DNA of 64,000 nt. Origin: the human T2T-CHM13v2.0 reference genome, Homo sapiens. The stretch lies in NCBI RefSeq assembly GCF_009914755.1, contig NC_060944.1, one strand, 5' to 3'. The notes under the pieces were generated by a model. That model saw only the letters and a list, made by a program, of their open reading frames with translations. It ran no database searches and was not told where the DNA came from. Both the position numbers and the translations under genes were made by a program. Below, in pieces: positions 22,301 through 34,999 of the stretch. Each line of letters starts with the position of its first letter. Positions within the stretch are counted from its first letter, which is position 1.

Positions 22301-25300
22301 CTCAACTAACAGAATTGAACCATCGTTTTGAAGGAGCAGTTTTGAAACACTGTTTTCGTGGAATCTGCAAGTGGATATTTGGCTAGCTTTGAGCATTTCG
22401 TTGGAAACGGGATTACATATAAAAAGGAGACAGCAGCATTCTCAGAAACTTCTCTGTGATGTCTGCATTCAAGTCACAGAGTTGAGCATTCCCTTTCATA
22501 GAGCAGGTTGGAAACGTTCTTTTTGTAGTATCTGGATGAGGACATTTGGAGCGCTTTCAGGCCTATGGTGAAAAAGGAAATATCTTCCCGTAAAAACTAG
22601 ACAGAAGCATTCTCAGAAATTTATTTGTGATGTGTGCCTTCAACTAACAGAGTTGAACCTTTCTTTTGATAGAGCAGTTTTGAAACACTCTTTTTGTAAA
22701 ATCTGCAAGAGGATATTTGGATAGCTTTGAGGATTTCATTGCAAACGGGAATGGCTTCATATAAACTCTAGACAGAAGCATTCTCAGAAACTTCGTTGGG
22801 ATGTTTCGATTGAAGTCCCAGTGTTGAACATTCCCTTTTATAGAGCAGGTTGGAAACACTCTTTCTGCATTCCCTGGAAGTGGACATTTGGAGCGCTTTC
22901 AGGACGACGGTGAAAATGGAAATATCTTCCAATAAAATCTAGATAGAAGCAACGTCAGAAACTTTTATGTGATGGATCTACTCAGCTAACAGAGTTGAAC
23001 CTTTCTTTTGAGAGAGCAGTTTTGCAACACTCTTTTTGTGGAATATGCAAGTGGATATTAGGGCAGCTTTGAGGATTTCGTTGGAAACGGGAATACATGT
23101 AAAAAGCAGACAGCAGCATTCTCAGAGAATTCTTTGTGATGTTTGCATTGAAGTCACAGAGTTGAACATTCCCTTTGAGAGAGCAGGTTTGAAACACGCC
23201 TTTTGTCATATCTGGAAGTGTCCATTCGGAGCGCATTCAGGCTTGTGTTGAAAAAGGAAATATCCTCCCATAAAAACTAGACAGAAGCATTCTCAGAAAC
23301 TTATTTGTGATGTATGTACTCAACTAACAGAACTAAACCATCGTTTTGAAGGAGCAGTTTTGAAACACTCTTTTTGCGGAATCTGCAAGTGGATATTTGG
23401 CTAGCTGGGAGGATTTCGTTGGAAACGGGATTACATACAAAAAGCAGAGAGCAGCATTCTCAGAAACTTCTTTGTGATGTTTGCATTCAAGTCACAGAGT
23501 TGAACATTCCCTTTCATAGAGCAGGTTTGAAACACTCTTTTTGTAGTATCTGGAAGTGGACATTTGGATCGCTTTCAGGTCTTTGGTGAAAAAGGAAATA
23601 TCTTCCCATGAAAACTAGACAGAAGCATTCTCAGAAACTTATTTGTGATGTGTGCCCTCAACTGACAGTGTTGAACCTTTGTTTTGATAGAGCAGTTCTG
23701 AAACACACTTTTTGTAAAATCTGCAAGAGGATATTTGGATAGCTTTGAGGATTTCGTTGGAAACGGGAATGTCTTCATGTAAACTCTAGACAGAAGCATT
23801 CTCAGAAACTGCTTTGGGATGTTTCAATTGAAGTCCCAGTGTTGAACATTCCCTTTCATAGAGCAGGTTTGAAACACTCTTTTTGTACTATCTGGAAGTG
23901 GACATTTGGAGCGCTTTCAGGTCTACGGTGAAAAAGGAGATATCTTCCAATAAAAACTAGATAGAAGCAATGTCAGAACTTTTTTCATGATGTATCTACT
24001 CAGCAAACAGAGTTGAACCTTTCTTTTGAGAGAGCAGTTTTGAAACACTCTTTTTGTGGAATATGCAAGTGGGTATTAGGCCAGCTTGGAGGATTTCGTT
24101 GGAAACGGGAATACGTATAAAAAGCAGACAGCAGCATTGTCAGAAACTACTTTGTGATGTTTGCATTCAAGTCACAGAATTGAACACTCCCTTTCACAGA
24201 GCAGGTTTGAAACACTCTTTTTGTAGTGTCTGTAAGTGAACATTTGGATTGCTTTCAGGCCTAAGGTGAAAAAGGAAATATCTTCCCATAAAAACTAGAC
24301 AGAAGCATTCTCAGAAACTTGTTTGTGATGTGTGCCCTCTACTGACAGAGTTGAACCTTTCTTTGCAAAGAGCAGTTTTGAAACACTCTTTTTGTAGAAT
24401 CTGCAAGAGGATATTTGGATAGCTTTGAGGATTTCTTGGGAAACGGGAATGTCTTCAGATAAACTCTAGACAGAAGCATTCTCAGAAACTTCTTTGGGAT
24501 GTTTCAATTGAAGTCACAGTGTTGAACATTCCCTTTCACAGAGCAGGTTTGAAACACTCTTTTTGTAGTGTCTATAAGTGAACATTTGGCGTGCTTTCAG
24601 GCCTAACGTGAAAAAGGAAATATCTTCCCATAAAAACTAGACAGAAGCATTCTCAGAAACTTGTTCGTGATGTGTGCCCTCTACTGACAGAGTTGAACCT
24701 TTCTTTCCAAAGAGCAGCTTTGAAACACTCTTTTTGTAGAATCTGCAAGAGGATATTTGGATAGCTTTGAGGATTTCGTTGGAAACGGGTATTTCTTCAG
24801 ATAAACTCTAGACAGAAGCATTCTCAGAAACTTCTTTGGGATGTTGCATTCAAGTCACAGAGTAGAACATTCCCATTCATAGAGCAGATTTGAAACACTC
24901 TTTTTGTAGTATCTGGAAGTGGACATTTGGAGCGCTTTCAGGCCTATGTTGAAAAAGGAAATATCTTCCCATAAAAACTAGACGGAAGCATTCTCAGAAA
25001 CTTACTTGTGATGTGTTTGCTCAACTAACAGAATTGAACCATCGTTTTGAAGGAGCAGTTTTGAAACACTGTTTTCGTGGAATCTGCAAGTGGATATTTG
25101 GCTAGCTTTGAGGATTTCGTTGGAAACGGGATTACATATAAAAAGGAGACAGCAGCATTCTCAGAAACTTCTTTGTGATGTCTGCATTCAAGTCACAGAG
25201 TTGAGCATTCCCTTTCATAGAGCAGGTTGGAAACGCTCTTTTTGTAGTATCTGGATGAGGACATTTGGAGCGCTTTCAGGCCTATGGTGAAAAAGGAAAT

Positions 25301-28300
25301 ATCTTCCCGTAAAAACTAGACAGAAGCATTCTCAGAAATTTATTTGTGATGTGTGCCTTCAACTAACAGAGTTGAACCTTTCTTTTGATAGAGCAGTTTT
25401 GAAACACTCTTTTTGTAAAATCTGCAAGAGGATATTTGGATAGCTTTGAGGATTTCATTGCAAACGGGAATGGCTTCATATAAACTCTAGACAGAAGCAT
25501 TCTCAGAAACTTCGTTGGGATGTTTCGATTGAAGTCCCAGTGTTGAACATTCCCTTTTATAGAGCAGGTTGGAAACACTCTTTCTGCATTCCCTGGAAGT
25601 GGACATTTGGAGCGCTTTCAGGACGACGGTGAAAATGGAAATATCTTCCAATAAAATCTAGATAGAAGCAACGTCAGAAACTTTTATGTGATGGATCTAC
25701 TCAGCTAACAGAGTTGAACCTTTCTTTTGAGAGAGCAGTTTTGCAACACTCTTTTTGTGGAATATGCAAGTGGATATTAGGGCAGCTTTGAGGATTTCGT
25801 TGGAAACGGGAATACATGTAAAAAGCAGACAGCAGCATTCTCAGAGAATTCTTTGTGATGTTTGCATTGAAGTCACAGAGTTGAACATTCCCTTTGAGAG
25901 AGCAGGTTTGAAACACGCCTTTTGTCATATCTGGAAGTGTCCATTCGGAGCGCATTCAGGCTTGTGTTGAAAAAGGAAATATCCTCCCATAAAAACTAGA
26001 CAGAAGCATTCTCAGAAACTTATTTGTGATGTATGTACTCAACTAACAGAACTAAACCATCGTTTTGAAGGAGCAGTTTTGAAACACTCTTTTTGCGGAA
26101 TCTGCAAGTGGATATTTGGCTAGCTGGGAGGATTTCGTTGGAAACGGGATTACATACAAAAAGCAGAGAGCAGCATTCTCAGAAACTTCTTTGTGATGTT
26201 TGCATTCAAGTCACAGAGTTGAACATTCCCTTTCATAGAGCAGGTTTGAAACACTCTTTTTGTAGTATCTGGATGTGGACATTTGGATCGCTTTCAGGTC
26301 TTTGGTGAAAAAGGAAATATCTTCCCATGAAAACTAGACAGAAGCATTCTCAGAAACTTATTTGTGATGTGTGCCCTCAACTGACAGTGTTGAACCTTTG
26401 TTTTGATAGAGCAGTTCTGAAACACACTTTTTGTAAAATCTGCAAGAGGATATTTGGATAGCTTTGAGGATTTCGTTGGAAACGGGAATGTCTTCATGTA
26501 AACTCTAGACAGAAGCATTCTCAGAAACTGCTTTGGGATGTTTCAATTGAAGTCCCAGTGTTGAACATTCCCTTTCATAGAGCAGGTTTGAAACACTCTT
26601 TTTGTACTATCTGGAAGTGGACATTTGGAGCGCTTTCAGGTCTACGGTGAAAAAGGAGATATCTTCCAATAAAAACTAGATAGAAGCAATGTCAGAACTT
26701 TTTTCATGATGTATCTACTCAGCAAACAGAGTTGAACCTTTCTTTTGAGAGAGCAGTTTTGAAACACTCTTTTTGTGGAATATGCAAGTGGGTATTAGGC
26801 CAGCTTGGAGGATTTCGTTGGAAACGGGAATACGTATAAAAAGCAGACAGCAGCATTGTCAGAAACTACTTTGTGATGTTTGCATTCAAGTCACAGAATT
26901 GAACACTCCCTTTCACAGAGCAGGTTTGAAACACTCTTTTTGTAGTGTCTGTAAGTGAACATTTGGATTGCTTTCAGGCCTAAGGTGAAAAAGGAAATAT
27001 CTTCCCATAAAAACTAGACAGAAGCATTCTCAGAAACTTGTTTGTGATGTGTGCCCTCTACTGACAGAGTTGAACCTTTCTTTGCAAAGAGCAGTTTTGA
27101 AACACTCTTTTTGTAGAATCTGCAAGAGGATATTTGGATAGCTTTGAGGATTTCTTGGGAAACGGGAATGTCTTCAGATAAACTCTAGACAGAAGCATTC
27201 TCAGAAACTTCTTTGGGATGTTTCAATTGAAGTCACAGTGTTGAACATTCCCTTTCACAGAGCAGGTTTGAAACACTCTTTTTGTAGTGTCTATAAGTGA
27301 ACATTTGGCGTGCTTTCAGGCCTAACGTGAAAAAGGAAATATCTTCCCATAAAAACTAGACAGAAGCATTCTCAGAAACTTGTTCGTGATGTGTGCCCTC
27401 TACTGACAGAGTTGAACCTTTCTTTCCAAAGAGCAGCTTTGAAACACTCTTTTTGTAGAATCTGCAAGAGGATATTTGGATAGCTTTGAGGATTTCGTTG
27501 GAAACGGGTATGTCTTCAGATAAACTCTAGACAGAAGCATTCTCAGAAACTTCTTTGGGATGTTGCATTCAAGTCACAGAGTAGAACATTCCCATTCATA
27601 GAGCAGATTTGAAACACTCTTTTTGTAGTATCTGGAAGTGGACATTTGGAGCGCTTTCAGGCCTATGTTGAAAAAGGAAATATCTTCCCATAAAAACTAG
27701 ACGGAAGCATTCTCAGAAACTTACTTGTGATGTGTTTGCTCAACTAACAGAATTGAACCATCGTTTTGAAGGAGCAGTTTTGAAACACTGTTTTCGTGGA
27801 ATCTGCAAGTGGATATTTGGCTAGCTTTGAGGATTTCGTTGGAAACGGGATTACATATAAAAAGGAGACAGCAGCATTCTCAGAAACTTCTTTGTGATGT
27901 CTGCATTCAAGTCACAGAGTTGAGCATTCCCTTTCATAGAGCAGGTTGGAAACACTCTTTTTGTAGTGTCTGGATGAGGACATTTGGAGCGCTTTCAGGC
28001 CTATGGTGAAAAAGGAAATATCTTCCCGTAAAAACTAGACAGAAGCATTCTCAGAAATTTATTTGTGATGTGTGCCCTCAACTAACAGAGTTGAACCTTT
28101 CTTTTGATAGAGCAGTTTTGAAACACTCTTTTTGTAAAATCTGCAAGAGGATATTTGGATAGCTTTGAGGATTTCGTTGCAAACGGGAATGGCTTCATAT
28201 AAAGTCTAGACAGAAGCATTCTCAGAAACTTCGTTGGGATGTTTCGATTGAAGTCCCAGTGTTGAACATTCCCTTTTATAGAGCAGGTTGGAAACACTCT

Positions 28301-31300
28301 TTTTGCATTCCCTGGAAGTGGACATTTGGAGCGCTTTCAGGACGACGGTGAAAATGGAAATATCTTCCAATAAAATCTAGATAGAAGCAACGTCAGAAAC
28401 TTTTATGTGATGGATCTACTCAGCTAACAGAGTTGAACCTTTCTTTTGAGAGAGCAGTTTTGCAACACTCTTTTTGTGGAATATGCAAGTGGATATTAGG
28501 GCAGCTTTGAGGATTTCGTTGGAAACGGGAATACATGTAAAAAGCAGACAGCAGCATTCTCAGAGAATTCTTTGTGATGTTTGCATTGAAGTCACAGAGT
28601 TGAACATTCCCTTTGAGAGAGCAGGTTTGAAACACGCCTTTTGTCATATCTGGAAGTGTCCATTCGGAGCGCATTCAGGCTTGTGTTGAAAAAGGAAATA
28701 TCCTCCCATAAAAACTAGACAGAAGCATTCTCAGAGACTTATCTGTGATGTATGTACTCAACTAACAAAACTAAACCATCGTTTTGAAGGAGCAGTTTTG
28801 AAACACTCTTTTTGCGGAATCTGCAAGTGGATATTTGGCTAGCTGGGACGATTTCGTTGGAAACGGGATTACATACAAAAAGCAGACAGCAGCATTCTCA
28901 GAAACTTCTTTGTGATGTTTGCATTCAAGTCACAGAGTTGAACATTCCCTTTCATAGAGCAGGTTTGAAACACTCTTTTTGTAGTATCTGGATGTGGACA
29001 TTTGGATCGCTTTCAGGCCTATGGTGAAAAAGGAAATATCTTCCCATGAAAACTAGACAGAAGCATTCTCAGAAACTTATTTGTGATGTGTGCCCTCAAC
29101 TGACAGTGTTGAACCTTTGTTTTGATAGAGCAGTTCTGAAACACACTTTTTGTAAAATCTGCAAGAGGATATTTGGATAGCTTTGAGGATTTCGTTGGAA
29201 ACGGGAATGTCTTCATGTAAACTCTAGACAGAAGCATTCTCAGAAACTGCTTTGGGATGTTTCAATTGAAGTCCCAGTGTTGAACATTCCCTTTCATAGA
29301 GCAGGTTTGAAACACTCTTTTTGTACTATCTGGAAGTGGACATTTGGAGCGCTTTCAGGTCTACGGTGAAAAAGGAGATATCTTCCAATAAAAACTAGAT
29401 AGAAGCAATGTCAGAACTTTTTTCATGATGTATCTACTCAGCAAACAGAGTTGAACCTTTCTTTTGAGAGAGCAGTTTTGAAACACTCTTTTTGTGGAAT
29501 ATGCAAGTGGGTATTAGGCCAGCTTGGAGGATTTCGTTGGAAACGGGAATACGTATAAAAAGCAGACAGCAGCATTGTCAGAAACTACTTTGTGATGTTT
29601 GCATTCAAGTCACAGAATTGAACACTCCCTTTCACAGAGCAGGTTTGAAACACTCTTTTTGTAGTGTCTGTAAGTGAACATTTGGATTGCTTTCAGGCCT
29701 AAGGTGAAAAAGGAAATATCTTCCCATAAAAACTAGACAGAAGCATTCTCAGAAACTTGTTCGTGATGTGTGCCCTCTACTGACAGAGTTGAACCTTTCT
29801 TTGCAAAGAGCAGTTTTGAAACACTCTTTTTGTAGAATCTGCAAGAGGATATTTGGATAGCTTTGAGGATTTCTTGGGAAACGGGAATGTCTTCAGATAA
29901 ACTCTAGACAGAAGCATTCTCAGAAACTTCTTTGGGATGTTTCAATTGAAGTCACAGTGTTGAACATTCCCTTTCACAGAGCAGGTTTGAAACACTCTTT
30001 TTGTAGTGTCTATAAGTGAACATTTGGCGTGATTTCAGGCCTAACGTGAAAAAGGAAATATCTTCCCATAAAAACTAGACAGAAGCATTCTCAGAAACTT
30101 GTTCGTGATGTGTGCCCTCTAACTGACAGAGTGGAACCTTTCTTTGCAAAGAGCAGCTTTGAAACACTCTTTTTGTAGAATCTGCAAGAGGATATTTGGA
30201 TAGCTTTGAGGATTTCGTTGGAAACGGGTATGTCTTCAGATAAACTCTAGACAGAAGCATTCTCAGAAACTTCTTTGGGATGTTGCATTCAAGTCACAGA
30301 GTAGAACATTCACATTCATAGAGCAGATTTGAAACACTCTTTTTGTAGTATCTGGAAGTGGACATTTGGAACGCTTTCAGGCCTATGTTGAAAAAGGAAA
30401 TATCTTCCCATAAAAACTAGACGGAAGCATTCTCAGAAACTTACTTGTGATGTGTTTGCTCAACTAACAGAATTGAACCATCGTTTTGAAGGAGCAGTTT
30501 TGAAACACTGTTTTCGTGGAATCTGCAAGTGGATATTTGGCTAGCTTTGAGGATTTCGTTGGAAACGGGATTACATATAAAAAGGAGACAGCAGCATTCT
30601 CAGAAACTTCTTTGTGATGTCTGCATTCAAGTCACAGAGTTGAGCATTCCCTTTCATAGAGCAGGTTGGAAACACTCTTTTTGTAGTATCTGGATGAGGA
30701 CATTTGGAGCGCTTTCAGGCGTATGGTGAAAAAGGAAATATCTTCCCGTAAAAACTAGACAGAAGCATTCTCAGAAATTTATTTGTGATGTGTGCCTTCA
30801 ACTAACAGAGTTGAACCTTTCTTTTGATAGAGCAGTTTTGAAACACTCTTTTTGTAAAATCTGCAAGAGGATATTTGGATAGCTTTGAGGATTTCATTGC
30901 AAACGGGAATGGCTTCATATAAACTCTAGACAGAAGCATTCTCAGAAACTTCGTTGGGATGTTTCGATTGAAGTCCCAGTGTTGAACATTCCCTTTTATA
31001 GAGCAGGTTGGAAACACTCTTTCTGCATTCCCTGGAAGAGGACATTTGGAGCGCTTTCAGGACGACGGTGAAAATGGAAATATCTTCCAATAAAATCTAG
31101 ATAGAAGCAACGTCAGAAACTTTTATGTGATGGATCTACTCAGCTAACAGAGTTGAACCTTTCTTTTGAGAGAGCAGTTTTGCAACACTCTTTTTGTGGA
31201 ATATGCAAGTGGATATTAGGGCAGCTTTGAGGATTTCGTTGGAAACGGGAATACATGTAAAAAGCAGACAGCAGCATTCTCAGAGAATTCTTTGTGATGT

Positions 31301-32780
31301 TTGCATTGAAGTCACAGAGTTGAACATTCCCTTTGAGAGAGCAGGTTTGAAACACGCCTTTTGTCATATCTGGAAGTGTCCATTCGGAGCGCATTCAGGC
31401 TTGTGTTGAAAAAGGAAATATCCTCCCATAAAAACTAGACAGAAGCATTCTCAGAAACTTATTTGTGATGTATGTACTCAACTAACAGAACTAAACCATC
31501 GTTTTGAAGGAGCAGTTTTGAAACACTCTTTTTGCGGAATCTGCAAGTGGATATTTGGCTAGCTGGGACGATTTCGTTGGAAACGGGATTACATACAAAA
31601 AGCAGAGAGCAGCATTCTCAGAAACTTCTTTGTGATGTTTGCATTCAAGTCACAGAGTTGAACATTCCCTTTCATAGAGCAGGTTTGAAACACTCTTTTT
31701 GTAGTATCTGGATGTGGACATTTGGATCGCTTTCAGGTCTTTGGTGAAAAAGGAAATATCTTCCCATGAAAACTAGACAGAAGCATTCTCAGAAACTTAT
31801 TTGTGATGTGTGCCCTCAACTGACAGTGTTGAACCTTTGTTTTGATAGAGCAGTTCTGAAACACACTTTTTGTAAAATCTGCAAGAGGATATTTGGATAG
31901 CTTTGAGGATTTCGTTGGAAACGGGAATGTCTTCATGTAAACTCTAGACAGAAGCATTCTCAGAAACTGCTTTGGGATGTTTCAATTGAAGTCCCAGTGT
32001 TGAACATTCCCTTTCATAGAGCAGGTTTGAAACACTCTTTTTGTACTATCTGGAAGTGGACATTTGGAGCGCTTTCAGGTCTACGGTGAAAAAGGAGATA
32101 TCTTCCAATAAAAACTAGATAGAAGCAATGTCAGAACTTTTTTCATGATGTATCTACTCAGCAAACAGAGTTGAACCTTTCTTTTGAGAGAGCAGTTTTG
32201 AAACACTCTTTTTGTGGAATATGCAAGTGGGTATTAGGCCAGCTTGGAGGATTTCGTTGGAAACGGGAATACGTATAAAAAGCAGACAGCAGCATTGTCA
32301 GAAACTACTTTGTGATGTTTGCATTCAAGTCACAGAATTGAACACTCCCTTTCACAGAGCAGGTTTGAAACACTCTTTTTGTAGTGTCTGTAAGTGAACA
32401 TTTGGATTGCTTTCAGGCCTAAGGTGAAAAAGGAAATATCTTCCCATAAAAACTAGACAGAAGCATTCTCAGAAACTTGTTTGTGATGTGTGCCCTCTAC
32501 TGACAGAGTTGAACCTTTCTTTGCAAAGAGCAGTTTTGAAACACTCTTTTTGTAGAATCTGCAAGAGGATATTTGGATAGCTTTGAGGATTTCTTGGGAA
32601 ACGGGAATGTCTTCAGATAAACTCTAGACAGAAGCATTCTCAGAAACTTCTTTGGGATGTTTCAATTGAAGTCACAGTGTTGAACATTCCCTTTCACAGA
32701 GCAGGTTTGAAACACTCTTTTTGTAGTGTCTATAAGTGAACATTTGGCGTGCTTTCAGGCCTAACGTGAAAAAGGAAATA
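16400..32780 (+). repeat. Block of homogeneous class B HORs (first), six copies with a diagnostic EcoRI site
   Basis: GAATTC at 17689, 20408, 23127, 25846, 28565, 31285, co-occurring with GCAACGTCAG, GCTGGGA and TGTACTATC alleles. Boundaries approximate. Confidence 0.88.
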
Positions 32781-34999
32781 TCTTCAAATAAAAACTAGAC
32801 AGAAGCATTCTCAGAAACTTGTTTGTGATGTGTGCCCTCTACTGACAGAGTTGAACCTTTCCTTGCAAAGAGCAGCTTTGAAACACTCTTTTTGTAGAAT
32901 CTGCAAGAGGATATTTGGATAGCTTTGAGGATTTCGTTGGAAACCGGTATGTCTTCAGATAAACTCTAGACAGAAGCATTCTCAGAAACTTCTTTGGGAT
33001 GTTGCATTCAAGTCACAGAGTAGAACATTCCCATTCATAGAGCAGATTTGAAACACTCTTTTTGAAGTATCTGGAAGTGGACATTTGGAGCGCTTTCAGG
33101 CCTATGTGGAAAAAGGAAATATCTTCCCATAAAAACTAGACGGAAGCATTCTCAGAAACTTACTTGTGATGTGTTTGCTCAACTAACAGAATTGAACCAC
33201 CGTTTTGAAGGAGCAGTTTTGAAACACTGTTTTCGTGGAATCTGCAAGTGGATATTTGGCTAGCTTTGAGGATGTCGTTGGAAACGGGATTACATATAAA
33301 AAGGAGACAGCAGCATTCTCAGAAACTTCTTTGTGATGTCTGCATTCAAGTCACAGAGTTGAGCATTCCCTTTCATAGAGCAGGTTGGAAACACTCTTTT
33401 TGTAGTATCTGGATGAGGACATTTGGAGCGCTTTCAGGCGTATGGTGAAAAAGGAAATATCTTCCCGTAAAAACTAGACAGAAGCATTCTCAGAAATTTA
33501 TTTGTGATGTGTGCCCTCAACTAACAGAGTTGAACCTTTCTTTTGATAGAGCAGTTTTGAAACACTCTTTTGTAAAATCTGCAAGAGGATATTTGGATAG
33601 CTTTGAGGATTTCGTTGCAAACGGGAATGGCTTCATATAAACTCTAGACAGAAGCATTCTCAGAAACTTCGTTGGGATGTTTCGATTGAAGTCCCAGTGT
33701 TGAACATTCCCTTTTATAGCGCACGTTGGAAACACTCTTTTTGCATTCCCTGGAAGTGGACATTTGGAGCGCTTTCAGGACGACGGTGAAAATGGAAACA
33801 TCTTCCAATAAAATCTAGATAGAAGCAATGTCAGAAACTTTTATGTGATGGATCTACTCAGCTAACAGAGTTGAACCTTTCTTTTGAGAGAGCAGTTTTG
33901 CAACACTCTTTTTGTGGAATATGCAAGTGGATATTAGGGCAGCTTTGAGGATTTCGTTGGAAACGGGAATACATGTAAAAAGCAGACAGCAGCATTCTCA
34001 GAAACTTCTTTGTGATGTTTGCATTGAAGTCACAGAGTTGAACATTCCCTTTGAGAGAGCAGGTTTGAAACGCGCCTTTTGTCATATCTGGAAGTGTCCA
34101 TTCGGATCGCATTCAGGCTTGTGTTGAAAAAGGAAATATCCTCCCATAAAAACTAGACAGAAGCATTCTCAGAAACTTATTTGTGATGTATGTACTCAAC
34201 TGACAGAACTAAAACATCGTTTTGAAGGAGCAGTTTTGAAACACTTTTTGCGGAATCTGCAACTGGATATTTGGCTAGCTTGGAGGATTTCGTTTGAAAC
34301 GGGATTACATACAAAAAGCAGACAGCAGCATTCTCAGAAACTTCTTTGTGATGTTTGCATTCAAGTCACAGAGTTGAACATTCCCTTTCATAGAGCAGGT
34401 TTGAAACACTCTTTTTGTAGTATCTGGATGTGGACATTTGGATCGCTTTCAGGCCTATGGTGAAAAAGGAAATATCTTCCCATGAAAACTAGACAGAAGC
34501 ATTCTCAGAAACTTATTTGTGATGTGTGCCCTCAACTGACAGTGTTGAACCTTTGTTTTGATAGAGCAGTTCTGAAACACACTTTTTGTAAAATCTGCAA
34601 GAGGATATTTGGATAGCTTTGAGGATTTCGTTGCAAACGGGAATGTCTTCATGTAAACTCTAGACAGAAGCATTCTCAGAAACTGCTTTGGGATGTTTCA
34701 ATTGAAGTCCCAGTGTTGAACATTCCCTTTCATAGAGCAGGTTTGAAACACTCTTTTTGTAGTATCTGGAAGTGGACATTTGGAGCGCTTTCAGGTCTAC
34801 GGTGAAAAAGGAGATATCTTCCAATAAAAACTAGATAGAAGCAATGTCAGAACTTTTGTCATGATGTATCTACTCAGCAAACAGAGTTGAACCTTTCTTT
34901 TGAGAGAGCAGTTTTGAAACACTCTTTTTGTGGAATATGCAAGTGGGTATTAGGCCAGCTTGGAGGATTTCGTTGGAAACGGGAATACGTATAAAAAGC

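Noticed and set aside
34288-34304. CENP-B box variant TTTCGTTTGAAACGGGA as a knock-out
   Set aside because: The change is at a non-essential position; all 9 essential bases remain.
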